From a virus (lineage: Duplodnaviria > Caudoviricetes): a stretch of DNA of 64,000 nucleotides. Made by a program: the position numbers and the translations under genes. The stretch lies in IMG/VR virus record IMGVR_UViG_3300035497_000162, positions 1 through 64,000 of that record; one strand, written 5' to 3'. Numbering within the stretch: position 1 is the stretch's first letter; each line of letters starts with the position of its first letter. The notes below the pieces were generated by a model, which did no database searches, was not told where the DNA came from, and was given only the letters and a program-made list of their open reading frames with translations. Shown here piece after piece: positions 40,882 to 51,505 of the stretch.

Positions 40882-42126
40882 ATGAAATTAGTACATAAAA
40901 AACTATTAGCTTATAAAGTTAGACTATATCCTAATAAAGAGCAAAGAGAATTTATTAATGGTCAATTAGAAACTTGTAGAATATGCTATAATGAAATGCT
41001 TAATAAATATAATGAAGATTATAAAGCATTTAAAGAAGGATTAATTGACGAAAAACCTAACTTAAATTTTAAATATGGCTGGATAAAAGAAAAATATCCT
41101 TGGATGAAAAAATATAATAGCTCACCATTAGATTTTACAGCTAGAAATTTACAAGAGGCTTTTATTAAATATTATGATAATTTTAACCCAAAAGATCCTA
41201 GCTTAGGTAAACCTCAATTTAAAAAGAAGTATAAATTAAATTCTTTTAAATTAAAAAAGGTTCAATTAAAAAATCTAGAGCTTAATTCTTTTGAAATTTC
41301 TAAGTTAAAAAATAAAATAAAATTTATAAATCATAGAAATTTTGATATTTCTAATACTAATAGTATATCTATTATAAAATCTAAATCAGATAAATATTTC
41401 GCAGTATTTTATTTGGAACAAGATTTATTCCCTAAGCTAGATTGTGAACCTAATAACAAAACTATAGCTATAGATTTAGGCGTTAGAAAATATTTTACTT
41501 GGATAGATTCTGAAGGAAACCAAGGTATTATTGAAAATCCTAAAGCTTATAAAGATGAAATGAAACGTATTATATTTTTAGATAAAGTACTAAAACGTAA
41601 AAAGAACGCACACAATAAAAGATATAATTTAAATCATAACGATGGACATATTGAAGAAATACATAAATACTCTAATAGGTACCAAAGAGTTAGAATACAA
41701 AGAGCTAAACATTATGAACATTTAGCTAATATTAGAACCAATTTCTTAAATAACCTTACTACTAAACTAGTAAAAGAATATAATAAAATTATAATAGAAG
41801 ATTGTAGAGTTACTGAACTAATAGATAAAACTACTAAAGAATTTAAGAATAAATCTAGACAAGCTAGAAAGAATATACATAAAGCTCAATATGATGTTGG
41901 TTGGTATAACTTTAGATTAATGCTAGAATATAAATGTAAACTTAATAATAGAGAATTAATAATAGCTGATGAATTTTATAGGTCTACTCAAGAATGTAGT
42001 AATTGTGGTTATATTAATAAAGAGCTAGAAGATGTTAATATTAGAGAATGGACTTGTCCTGAATGTAACACTTATCATGATAGAGATATAAATGCTTGTG
42101 AAAATTTAATGAAAAGATATAATTAA
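40882..42126 (+). CDS. tnpB: RNA-guided nuclease TnpB/Cas12f-like, 414 aa, RuvC triad intact
   Basis: AYKVRLYPNKEQ N-terminus, GKPQFKKK, AIDLG (RuvC-I), IIIED (RuvC-II), CSNCG..CPEC, HDRDINA (RuvC-III). Confidence 0.93.
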   Translation: MKLVHKKLLAYKVRLYPNKEQREFINGQLETCRICYNEMLNKYNEDYKAFKEGLIDEKPNLNFKYGWIKEKYPWMKKYNSSPLDFTARNLQEAFIKYYDNFNPKDPSLGKPQFKKKYKLNSFKLKKVQLKNLELNSFEISKLKNKIKFINHRNFDISNTNSISIIKSKSDKYFAVFYLEQDLFPKLDCEPNNKTIAIDLGVRKYFTWIDSEGNQGIIENPKAYKDEMKRIIFLDKVLKRKKNAHNKRYNLNHNDGHIEEIHKYSNRYQRVRIQRAKHYEHLANIRTNFLNNLTTKLVKEYNKIIIEDCRVTELIDKTTKEFKNKSRQARKNIHKAQYDVGWYNFRLMLEYKCKLNNRELIIADEFYRSTQECSNCGYINKELEDVNIREWTCPECNTYHDRDINACENLMKRYN

Positions 42127-42136
42127 ATATAATATT

Positions 42137-42223
42137 GAGGTAGTTTATACCTTTTAAGTACATCATTACTTTTAATGGAGTTTAGGTGTAAAATTATGTT
42201 ATTATATAACATAGTAATAAAAC
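42137..42223 (+). ncRNA. natural single-guide scaffold (87 nt) immediately 3' of tnpB, cassette 5
   Basis: Same fused architecture as cassette 3; begins 10 nt after the tnpB stop. Confidence 0.8.
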
Positions 42224-42280
42224 GTGGCAAGTACTATCGTATTTCAGGTATTTATTTTATATATAACATAGTAATAAAAC
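42205..42280 (+). CRISPR. mini array 5: half repeat, 30-nt spacer, shortened repeat
   Basis: Spacer GTGGCAAGTACTATCGTATTTCAGGTATTT (42224-42253); repeat ATTTTATATATAACATAGTAATAAAAC (42254-42280). Confidence 0.8.
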
Positions 42281-42327
42281 TAATCATCTTTTCTATATTG
42301 CATATTATATAATAAGAGGTGTAATAT

Positions 42328-42999
42328 ATGTTAAACATAATAAATCATAGTGTTAGAACAAATGATATAGGATTAATTCAATTTATGTACCCTAGTTACA
42401 TTATAATAGATAAACCACCAATTTATTCTGATAAACCTATATTATTTGTTGGAGAAACTAAATATGTTAATAAGATTAAAGAGCTAAATGTTAATTACAT
42501 TATAGTATCTCAAGTAGGAGAAATAGATCTTACAGATAGATTAACTTTATTACAAGTAGCTTTTAGTAAATATAATAAGAATATACCTAAATATTTATTA
42601 TCTTTTTATAACGATTTAGATGATAATACTTTTATGGAATTATTTAAACAGTATTGGATTACTGGAAAGTGGAATCTTAAATCGTATGATAATACTGGTG
42701 CTTTTTTAGAGTTCCTTTATAGTTTTAAGACAGATACTTTCACTATGGCTAAAACTTACTTAGAATTGTTAAATAAAGTAGGTGCTGAATATATAGAAAT
42801 GAGCTTACTTACATTTTTAAATAGAGTAGTAAATACAAGCGGTAATCTATCTAAATGGTACATGAAACTTATAAATGATTATAAATATAGTAAATATAAC
42901 TTAATAGAACCAGCTTTAGAAAAATATATGTCTACTAAAGTATATAATTCAGAGCTTAGAATTTTTAATTTAATACTAGACTTAAATAGGAGAACTTAA
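42328..42999 (+). CDS. hypothetical protein, possible second clamp-loader subunit
   Basis: ORF; position next to 40131 once the tnpB cassette is removed. Confidence 0.5.
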   Translation: MLNIINHSVRTNDIGLIQFMYPSYIIIDKPPIYSDKPILFVGETKYVNKIKELNVNYIIVSQVGEIDLTDRLTLLQVAFSKYNKNIPKYLLSFYNDLDDNTFMELFKQYWITGKWNLKSYDNTGAFLEFLYSFKTDTFTMAKTYLELLNKVGAEYIEMSLLTFLNRVVNTSGNLSKWYMKLINDYKYSKYNLIEPALEKYMSTKVYNSELRIFNLILDLNRRT

Positions 43000-43089
43000 T
43001 AAAGATTAAGTTCTCTTTATTATATTTATTTACATTTAATTTATTTATATAAATAGGAGCTAAAAATAGTAATTTTAGGAGGAATTTAT

Positions 43090-43371
43090 ATGGAAAAGAT
43101 TAAATGCCCAGAATTTAGAGTAAAAAAAGATACTGATACTAAATCATTAGCATCTGCTATTTTTACAAACATTAAAACTGTAGACAAAATAGAATTGAAG
43201 TGTATTGGTATACCTGCTGTAAATCAAGCTGTAAAAGCTGTAATTATAGCTAGAGGATTATCAGCACCTACTGGGTTTGATATAATTATAAAACCTTATT
43301 TTGATATGATTTCAATACAAGGTGAAGAAAAAACAGCAGTAGGAATGATATTAGAAAAAATAAACTTTTAG
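43090..43371 (+). CDS. spoVS: stage V sporulation protein S family
   Basis: SLASAI...IG..AVNQAVKA.IIARG..AP.G.D...P.F..I.I.GEEKTA. Confidence 0.88.
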   Translation: MEKIKCPEFRVKKDTDTKSLASAIFTNIKTVDKIELKCIGIPAVNQAVKAVIIARGLSAPTGFDIIIKPYFDMISIQGEEKTAVGMILEKINF

Positions 43372-43384
43372 GAGGTAATGTTTA

Positions 43385-45835
43385 ATGTTAAACAAATTAA
43401 GTTTTAATTTAATGAATTCACTAAACGAAAGTGAAACAAAAACTTATCAAGTTAAAAAGAAAGTAATAGTAGAAAGTACCGGAACTAAAACTATAGTTGA
43501 AGAAGTACAAAAACCAAAAATATCTCAAGAAGCTAAAGATTCATTTACATCTTTAAAAGATATAATAGAAAATGATGATAACAAAATAAATGTAAATGGG
43601 TTTTGGTTATCAGATAAAGCAGTAGCAATAATTAAGAGTTCAAATACAAACTTTCATCTAAATAGTTATATGAATTTAAATATATCAGATATAATAAATA
43701 TGGTTAAAGATAATGATACTATTGAACAAGCTATAGATGAATTATATACAGATTATGATAGTAATAGTGCTTATTCGTGGGCAGAAAACTTTATATCAGT
43801 ATTAGAGAATTTAAATTTTGATATTGAAAATAATATAGTAGAAAGTACTAGAACTAAAACTATAACTAATGAAAGTAAAGAAAATAAAGAAGATCTTAAA
43901 GTAAAAACATATCACATGGAAGATTTAGGTGGTAATACAATGGCAGTATTCGGTCAATTAGAAAATGGTTTATATTTTGCAGGTAACGAAGATGGAATTC
44001 GTATTTATGATATAGACACGTGGCCATATCATGAAGGAGATGGAGATAAAGAATTTGTAGATTGGTACAAATTAGAAAATGAACATAATATTGAAGATTA
44101 TGAATATGGAGATAAAGAATTCAAAGACATAATGTTACAAACAGGATTTAAAGATGAAGATTACTTCAATACTAGTTACTATAATGATGATGAATTAGAT
44201 GAATCCGTAGACCAAGATATAGAAAATGCTAAAAAAGATTCCATAGAAAAAGGTTTATACTCAGAAGCTGATGAATCAATTGGAACATTAAACGTAGAAT
44301 TAAACACAGATGTATTACCTTTAGTAGATGTAAATATGTACTCAATGGATAGTTTTATTAGTGACTATGATATAACGTTAGAAGAGTTAGATGATGTAAC
44401 AAAAGAAAAAGCAACCCCTTTCATTGAAAAGTCAATAAAAGAAATACTACCTAGTGCAAATATAGAATCAACAAAAGTATATCATCCAAAAGAGTACAAC
44501 TATTCTGGAGATGAACTAGAATTCACATTATCATTTGATAAATCAGAATATGAAGCATTAAAAGAAAAAACATTAAACAATAAAAACTTCGATAAATTTC
44601 TAAAAGATAATTACGCATCTACTAGTAACTTTATATCTAATATGGCAGACAATAAAAAGGATTTTGAAACACAGGAGGAGTGGAAACAAGTAGCACAAGT
44701 TATAATGTTTAATATCCCAGAAGGAACTATTAACAATAATAACGAAGCCTATATAAACGATTTTGTTGATTATGTAAGTGGTAATTTTCAAGAAATTAGT
44801 GGTTTAGATGAAGCTGATGAATCAACTGAAACAGTAGAAAATACAAATACTGTTGATGAATTTGAAAATATGGAAGAAAGTTATTTCTTAGAATATTTAG
44901 CAGCTATGCTAGGAATAGAGGAAGAAGATATATTTGATGCAGAAAGTCGAGCATCTAATATAGTATCTAATTGGGGTGAACCTTTAGAGTACGATGAAAC
45001 CACCGGATATAGTTTAAATGTAATAGATGGGTCTAAAATAGAAGGTTGTAAACCAGTAAAAGCTTATTATATAGTAATTGATCAAGATGAAAATGAAGGT
45101 GGCGATTATGCCTATGAATTATTTGATAATGAAAAAGAAGCAAGGGATAATGAAAAAGAAGCAAGGGATAAATACAATGCTTTAACAAACAAAATAGAAG
45201 AATCTTCTTTAACTGAAGCTAAATTAACAGACTATTTAGGAATAATGCAAATTAAAGACTTACTAAATAAAAACAAAAAAACTGCTAATAAAGAGTTTGC
45301 AATAGTCGATAATATGGAAATACAAGTAGGTAAAGGCAAAGATGCTAAAGTATACAAAGCAATTAAAAATGATGATGGTGAATGGGAATTAGAATTTATT
45401 AAGAATTTTTATGAGTCAGCATTAACTGGAGCTGATGAATCTTGTAAATCTTTAAAAGAAGATACCAATAGAGTAAAAGTATCATTTTATGTAGATACAA
45501 ACCAAACTCCTAAAGAAGAAATACAAGCTAAATTAGAAAATTTACTCGCTAATTCTGGATTAGCTTCTACTAAAGAAGATATAGAAATAGAAGATGATTT
45601 AGATGAAAATTGTAAATCTCTAGAAGAAGATACTAAGGAAATGGAAGTCAATAAATCTAATGTAATAAAAAGTCAAGGTAATATTCACATGATAGAAGCT
45701 GATGGTCAATATATAGTAGGTGAAGATTATAATTCAGATACTAAAGAATTAGCTAATGCTGAAGTATATGAGGATAAAGAAGCAGCAGACGTAGATTACT
45801 TAAATAGATGTGAAATTAGTACATCAAATAAATAA
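43385..45835 (+). CDS. large acidic modular putative internal head protein
   Basis: SLNES, IVES, LDES, ADES, LTEA, LKED linkers. Confidence 0.6.
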   Translation: MLNKLSFNLMNSLNESETKTYQVKKKVIVESTGTKTIVEEVQKPKISQEAKDSFTSLKDIIENDDNKINVNGFWLSDKAVAIIKSSNTNFHLNSYMNLNISDIINMVKDNDTIEQAIDELYTDYDSNSAYSWAENFISVLENLNFDIENNIVESTRTKTITNESKENKEDLKVKTYHMEDLGGNTMAVFGQLENGLYFAGNEDGIRIYDIDTWPYHEGDGDKEFVDWYKLENEHNIEDYEYGDKEFKDIMLQTGFKDEDYFNTSYYNDDELDESVDQDIENAKKDSIEKGLYSEADESIGTLNVELNTDVLPLVDVNMYSMDSFISDYDITLEELDDVTKEKATPFIEKSIKEILPSANIESTKVYHPKEYNYSGDELEFTLSFDKSEYEALKEKTLNNKNFDKFLKDNYASTSNFISNMADNKKDFETQEEWKQVAQVIMFNIPEGTINNNNEAYINDFVDYVSGNFQEISGLDEADESTETVENTNTVDEFENMEESYFLEYLAAMLGIEEEDIFDAESRASNIVSNWGEPLEYDETTGYSLNVIDGSKIEGCKPVKAYYIVIDQDENEGGDYAYELFDNEKEARDNEKEARDKYNALTNKIEESSLTEAKLTDYLGIMQIKDLLNKNKKTANKEFAIVDNMEIQVGKGKDAKVYKAIKNDDGEWELEFIKNFYESALTGADESCKSLKEDTNRVKVSFYVDTNQTPKEEIQAKLENLLANSGLASTKEDIEIEDDLDENCKSLEEDTKEMEVNKSNVIKSQGNIHMIEADGQYIVGEDYNSDTKELANAEVYEDKEAADVDYLNRCEISTSNK

Positions 45836-45872
45836 TAAATACCAATAAGCATAATACTTTATTAAGGAGGTT

Positions 45873-46262
45873 ATGCTTATGGATTTATCATCATTAAACC
45901 AATCATTAAACATATTATCTAATAAAATTAAATCTTATTTAGATAATCCTGTAAATATAGAATTCGCTAACTATGAACAACAAAGAGATGTAGTATATGT
46001 TAGTAATAAATATAATGAAATAGTACACTATTATTCAGACTTATTAAGTCTTATTACTGAAACTCAATATTTTATAAGTCAATGTAAAAAGGTATCTAGA
46101 TTATTATCTTCTAATACTAGTTTAGAAAAAGCTCAAAAAGATAAAATTAAAACAGCTATTTCTATCATAGAAGAAATATCAGTGCCTCTATATAATGAAA
46201 AAGAAAGATTAAAAACTATAGAAATGATGTATCGTGCAATATATAATCAAAAAGATTTTTAA
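45873..46262 (+). CDS. hypothetical helical protein
   Basis: ORF with AAGGAGG RBS. Confidence 0.55.
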   Translation: MLMDLSSLNQSLNILSNKIKSYLDNPVNIEFANYEQQRDVVYVSNKYNEIVHYYSDLLSLITETQYFISQCKKVSRLLSSNTSLEKAQKDKIKTAISIIEEISVPLYNEKERLKTIEMMYRAIYNQKDF

Positions 46263-46280
46263 TTTAAAGGAGGTTAAATT

Positions 46281-47006
46281 ATGTTTAAAAAATTAAAATT
46301 AGTAGACTCTAATAAACTTACAGAAGCACCTGAGGACGAAGAGCTAGATAATACTATATCAAATGAAGATACCGAAGAAGATTTACAAAATACTATAGAC
46401 TCTGAGGTAGACCAAGAAGAAAATCCTATAGAAGAAGATTCTATTTTAGACCAACAACTAGATGAACTACGTGAAATATTAGTAGATTTAGATATGAACT
46501 TATATCAAATTATAAATAAAGAAGATACTAATAATATTGTTTATATTATAGGTAAAGTAGCTGAGGACTCTAACGATGTATTAATGCTAGTTGATACTAA
46601 ACCAGAAGAGATTAACGATGATACTGAGGATATTGAAAATAAACCTATAGTAAATAATATAGATATTAAAGAAGATGATGAAGAATCTAACCCTGATGTT
46701 TCTAATGATGAAGAAAATATAGAAACAGATTTAGAAGATAGATTTGATTTTGTACCTTTACCTAATACTTTTGAAGAAATTAATAAATTAAATCCTAGAT
46801 ATGGAGAAGAACTAACTCCAGACCATCAAGCCATTGTAGATTATCTTATGAATTGTCTAATAGAAATTAATCCAGATGCAGCTGAAGAAATACAAAATAA
46901 TCAACAAGAAGATTTACCCGCACCTACTGAAGAGCCTATAGATTCTGATTTAGATACTGACTTAGATGTAGGTATAGATATTGATGACGAAGATGAGGAG
47001 GTGTAG
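46281..47006 (+). CDS. very acidic protein (LxE leader family)
   Basis: MFKKLKLVDSNKLTEA leader. Confidence 0.55.
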   Translation: MFKKLKLVDSNKLTEAPEDEELDNTISNEDTEEDLQNTIDSEVDQEENPIEEDSILDQQLDELREILVDLDMNLYQIINKEDTNNIVYIIGKVAEDSNDVLMLVDTKPEEINDDTEDIENKPIVNNIDIKEDDEESNPDVSNDEENIETDLEDRFDFVPLPNTFEEINKLNPRYGEELTPDHQAIVDYLMNCLIEINPDAAEEIQNNQQEDLPAPTEEPIDSDLDTDLDVGIDIDDEDEEV

Positions 47007-47009
47007 TAA

Positions 47010-49445
47010 TTGAAAACTAGTGTAAATATATTTAATAATTTAAATGAAAGTTTTGAAAATGAATTTAAAGTTAAAAAGAAAGTAATCATAGAATCTGATT
47101 CTATAAAAGAAGAGGTAGAAAGATTCGATGGCGGAACTCTAACTATATTAGAAAAAGGATTAACACCTGATGAGTTTGATAGTTATATTGAAGATCAAAG
47201 GGCTCATTTTGAAGGTGAAGTTTTTGATACTGAAAGTTCTATGCCTTGGTATGACGACGTTACAAGACTTATTTTATATTCAGATGATGATAGCGAAGGT
47301 GAAATAATCATATTTTATAAACAAGATTATGATGAAACTACTGATAGCATTACCTATACTATATACGATACTGACAGTCTTAATGAATCTTGTAAGAAAT
47401 TAAAGGAAGAAGTAGATTTAAAACAATTTAATGATAAAGATGATGAATCTAAGTATCAAATGCTAGATAGATTAAGACAGGATTGTGAATATTTCTTAAA
47501 TAATCAAAGAAGTGAAAAAGCATTATGGACAGGAAATGTTAAAGACCAAATTGCTAAAATGAAAGAATTATATAATCAAATAAAAGAAAAACCAGAATGG
47601 TTAACAATGCAAGACATTGAAGATTATGAAAAGAAAATGACTTCAAATGATATAAATGAAAACACTTTAACAGAAGAAGATAATACTGAAGAAATAACCC
47701 CAGCAGAAAAGAAAATACTCGATGCAGCTCAAACGTCTAATTCTGAATATACATTAGACAATATATCAATTGAAACAACTTCAGAAGGAAATACACACAT
47801 TATGACAAAAGATGGAAAAGATATTGTTACAATTGGTCCACTATCTGATGATGAAAAAGAAGATTTAAGATTAAATGGTTATTATAAAACTAATTTAGAT
47901 ACTAATGAACCTTCTACCAAAGAAAATTCAGATAATTTAACAGAAGAAGATACTGTATTAGTACCTAACGTTGAAGTAGAGCCTGATTATATCATTAATG
48001 ATGTTACTGTACTTAATCAAATAGATGATGGTGACGTTCAAGCACCTGATATAGAAGGTTTACTTACTTTAGTTAATGAAAACTTGTCTAATAAATATGG
48101 TAATAATTGGGGAAAAATTAAAACTTTATCTAGTAAAGTAAACGATAATAATTCCTTTGCTTTAGTTGATATTTACACCCCAGAAATCATTAAAGAATTT
48201 GAAGAAAAAGGTATCTCAGATGTAGCTATAGGTAAAAGTTTAATTCTTGAAAATGTTGGTAAATTATTAGAATTTAAAGTAAATTCACTAAATGGAGTCA
48301 CTAGATACAGCAAAAAAACTCAAGACCCAGTAACTACTATTACTGAATGGGTAGAAACTGAATTTCTACATGAAGCTATGGTGAAAAAAGCTGAGGAAGC
48401 TGAATTCTTAAAAGTAAAAAATGAAGAAGATACTATAGCTGATTATATTAATAATCGTCCAGAATTAAAAATGGAACTAGAGAATATTAAGATGTTTATA
48501 GACTTAAGTAAACAAGTTAAAGCTGAAGAAGAAATGAAACCTTCTATTCAAGATAGAATGTATGGTTTTGCAACTGAATTCCCTGCTAGCATACAAATAT
48601 CTAATAAAAACGATAAATATGAATTATCATTTACTACACTAGACCAAATAGTAGAAAAATTATTCGGTAAAGAATGGGTAAAAGAAACTAGTGAGGATAA
48701 TAAAATAGTAGGATTAAAAGAGTCATATTCTCAATTTAATATCGGAGATATAGAGGTAGTATTTAATCCAGATACTTATGAATGTTTATACTCTATTCCA
48801 GCAGCTGATGTTAAAGATAAAAAAATTAATTTAACTAAAGTACCTTCTGTAGAAACTCCATACGATACTGATACTATTATTAAATCTTATGTAGAAACTA
48901 AATTCGGTCAAATTCCTACTGAAGAAGAAAAAGAAGTAGATAATACTAATCAAGAAATCGAAACCCCTATAGAAAATACAGATAATACTGATAATATTGA
49001 TAATACTACTTCTACAGAGATAGACCAAGAAACAAGTGAACCTGAACTACATGAAGATGAATTACCAGATGAACCTACTACAGATAATGTTCCTACTGAG
49101 AATGATACTGAAGAAGTACAATCTGAAACTGGAGAAGCTTCTTTCGTTAAAATAAGACCTAATCAAGAATCTAATATAGAAGCAGTTAGAGCTAGAATGT
49201 TAGATGGAGATACCCCTAAATCTAGTTATATAGTAGTAAATACTATAGATATTTCAGCAGAAGAATGGAATAATCTAATAAATAATTTATCAGCTCCACA
49301 ATCTTTCTTAGAAAACGTAAAACCAATAGATAGAAAAAACTATAGTTTTAACGTTGTAAAAGTAACTAGTCAAGCGTCTGATACTGTATTATTAATAGAC
49401 CCATTAGGATATAATTACCCTAGATACTTAAGTATAGAAGGGTAG
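47010..49445 (+). CDS. large acidic modular protein containing an LPD11-like domain
   Basis: NLNES leader; YQMLDRLRQDCEYFL...KPEWLTM.DIE.YEK. Confidence 0.65.
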   Translation: MKTSVNIFNNLNESFENEFKVKKKVIIESDSIKEEVERFDGGTLTILEKGLTPDEFDSYIEDQRAHFEGEVFDTESSMPWYDDVTRLILYSDDDSEGEIIIFYKQDYDETTDSITYTIYDTDSLNESCKKLKEEVDLKQFNDKDDESKYQMLDRLRQDCEYFLNNQRSEKALWTGNVKDQIAKMKELYNQIKEKPEWLTMQDIEDYEKKMTSNDINENTLTEEDNTEEITPAEKKILDAAQTSNSEYTLDNISIETTSEGNTHIMTKDGKDIVTIGPLSDDEKEDLRLNGYYKTNLDTNEPSTKENSDNLTEEDTVLVPNVEVEPDYIINDVTVLNQIDDGDVQAPDIEGLLTLVNENLSNKYGNNWGKIKTLSSKVNDNNSFALVDIYTPEIIKEFEEKGISDVAIGKSLILENVGKLLEFKVNSLNGVTRYSKKTQDPVTTITEWVETEFLHEAMVKKAEEAEFLKVKNEEDTIADYINNRPELKMELENIKMFIDLSKQVKAEEEMKPSIQDRMYGFATEFPASIQISNKNDKYELSFTTLDQIVEKLFGKEWVKETSEDNKIVGLKESYSQFNIGDIEVVFNPDTYECLYSIPAADVKDKKINLTKVPSVETPYDTDTIIKSYVETKFGQIPTEEEKEVDNTNQEIETPIENTDNTDNIDNTTSTEIDQETSEPELHEDELPDEPTTDNVPTENDTEEVQSETGEASFVKIRPNQESNIEAVRARMLDGDTPKSSYIVVNTIDISAEEWNNLINNLSAPQSFLENVKPIDRKNYSFNVVKVTSQASDTVLLIDPLGYNYPRYLSIEG

Positions 49446-50056
49446 TGATAATAATGTTTATTTCTAATTTAATTATTAGAACCTTATTTGAAAGTGATGA
49501 CTTAAATTCAGAGCTTAAAAATATTAGTAATAAAATAGTTGATAATATTTTTAATACTAATGATAATAATTATTTTATATCATATGATACTATAGATAAT
49601 TCTGTTAGTACTTATGAAGATGATATAAATGATATTATAAAAAGAATCCACCCTAATTGGTTTGATGAAGATGAAGAATTAGATTATCACTATGAATATG
49701 ATTATGATAATTTTATTAATGATATAGAAAACTACTGTACTGATTTAATCGAAGCTAAAGGTTTTATTCATGACCCAAATAAAGAAGGTTACTCTAAATT
49801 AAACAAAGTACAAGATAAATATGACGAAATAATAAACTGGTTAGATTCTGAAAATATAAATTATGAAGTTAGTAATAGTACTCAAGCAGGTATGCTACCA
49901 TCTATTTATATAAAAGATGAAGATAATGATACTGTACTTAGAATAGCTAATCACTATAATCATAGTACTGATAGTCATAAATATAAACTATATTCAAATG
50001 ATGATTACTTCTATTGGGAAACTAGAATAAAACCAGATATATTAAAAGTAGTATAA
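49445..50056 (+). CDS. acidic protein (LxE leader family)
   Basis: TLFES near the N-terminus; LRIANH motif. Confidence 0.5.
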   Translation: MIIMFISNLIIRTLFESDDLNSELKNISNKIVDNIFNTNDNNYFISYDTIDNSVSTYEDDINDIIKRIHPNWFDEDEELDYHYEYDYDNFINDIENYCTDLIEAKGFIHDPNKEGYSKLNKVQDKYDEIINWLDSENINYEVSNSTQAGMLPSIYIKDEDNDTVLRIANHYNHSTDSHKYKLYSNDDYFYWETRIKPDILKVV

Positions 50057-50122
50057 ATAGCATATTATTATACAAGGATATTTTTATCCTTGTATTTTTT
50101 ATTTTAGAAAGGAGAATTTACT

Positions 50123-50578
50123 ATGGAAGATTTAATGAATTTAGAGGCTACAGAAGTATCTAGTAATATAAACTTATTAGATGATAATAAAAATGCCTTA
50201 GAGGGTACTTCAAGTTCACCTACTGACTTATTAAAAGAGTACTCAGACTTTGAAAGAAAAAACTTAGAAGTTCAGAAAAAATTAGAAGATTTTAGACAAG
50301 CTCATTTGGAGATATTTGAAGAGTATCAAGCTATGCTAGATGAAATAGAAACTAACATTAAACAACAATCTAATTTAAAAGACCCACTAACTAAAGCTAT
50401 GAGTGCTAATGAACTTAAAACTATATCTGACGATTTATTTAAAGTTACATATGTAGCACCTACTACTAGAAAGAATTTTGATAAAAAGAATTTTGAGAAA
50501 GACCACGAAGAATTATATAATCAATACATTACCATTTCAGAAGTATCTGATTATGTAAAAATTACTTCTGTAGATTAG
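50123..50578 (+). CDS. coiled-coil phage protein
   Basis: VTYVAPTTR..FD...F.KDH.ELY.QY C-terminal motif. Confidence 0.55.
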   Translation: MEDLMNLEATEVSSNINLLDDNKNALEGTSSSPTDLLKEYSDFERKNLEVQKKLEDFRQAHLEIFEEYQAMLDEIETNIKQQSNLKDPLTKAMSANELKTISDDLFKVTYVAPTTRKNFDKKNFEKDHEELYNQYITISEVSDYVKITSVD

Positions 50579-50591
50579 GAGGAATAATTTT

Positions 50592-50846
50592 ATGGAATTT
50601 TACACTACTATTGACTTTGGAAATAAAGACTATGCTAAAATTTGGTTAGGAGTGAAACAAAACCAATTAGTAATAACTGAAAATACTAATAAAAATATTA
50701 AAGTAGGAGACCAGTTTACACAAAATAATATAAATGATATAGGAAATCAGGTAGTTTTAAAATTTAACAGCTCAGAAGATGTTAATAGATTAATTAAATA
50801 TTTAGAAGAAGTAAAAGCTAATCTAATACTGGTGGAAGCATGTTAA
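50592..50846 (+). CDS. hypothetical protein
   Basis: ORF with GGAGG RBS. Confidence 0.55.
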   Translation: MEFYTTIDFGNKDYAKIWLGVKQNQLVITENTNKNIKVGDQFTQNNINDIGNQVVLKFNSSEDVNRLIKYLEEVKANLILVEAC

Positions 50847-51055
50847 GTTTATTTTTATCAATTATATACTTAATCTATATCATTATAGCTTTTATATTTT
50901 GTATTGCTTTTATACAAGAATATATCATTATAATAAATATTAAAACAGATGAAAGAATATGTAAAAGCAAATTTAAAATAATATTCACGTATTATATATG
51001 TGCTTTAATTTGGCCATATATTCTATATAAATTAAATAAAGATAAGGAGGAATAA
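50840..51055 (+). CDS. small membrane protein
   Basis: Two hydrophobic segments. Confidence 0.5.
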   Translation: MLSLFLSIIYLIYIIIAFIFCIAFIQEYIIIINIKTDERICKSKFKIIFTYYICALIWPYILYKLNKDKEE

Positions 51056-51058
51056 ATT

Positions 51059-51505
51059 ATGATTACATACGAAAATGAAGAAATGGCAATTTCAATTCTT
51101 AGTTATTCATACCCAAATATACAAAGTCAAAAACTATCTATAGAAGAAGTTAAGGAACTACTAAAAGGTAAAAGTATAGCTTTAAGTCTACAGGATAATA
51201 ATATTTTAGTTTTATCATTAGATAGCTCTAGTAAAAATATTAGTTTCGGTGAAGCTATCGAAGAATTAAAGAAAGGTAAAAAAGTAGCTAGAAGGGGTTG
51301 GAATGGTAAAGATCAATATATTGAATTAGCTACTTGTATTAGTTACAAAAATAATAAAGATGAAGTTATAAATCCAAACCACTATAATATAGGTAATAAA
51401 GCAATAGCATTTGTTGGAACATCAGGGGTTCAATTAGGATGGTTAGCAAGTCAAGCTGATATGTTAGCAGAGGATTGGTATGTAAAGGAGGAAAATAATG
51501 GGTAA
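51059..51505 (+). CDS. DUF2829 / Tad2-like (Thoeris anti-defence 2) domain protein
   Basis: SFGEAIE.LK.GKKVAR.GWNGK...GWLASQADMLAEDW. Confidence 0.8.
   Translation: MITYENEEMAISILSYSYPNIQSQKLSIEEVKELLKGKSIALSLQDNNILVLSLDSSSKNISFGEAIEELKKGKKVARRGWNGKDQYIELATCISYKNNKDEVINPNHYNIGNKAIAFVGTSGVQLGWLASQADMLAEDWYVKEENNG

Noticed and set aside
40882-42126. Ordinary IS605/IS607 insertion
   Set aside because: No tnpA or serine recombinase, no IS end hairpins; flanks are scaffold copies found elsewhere without tnpB
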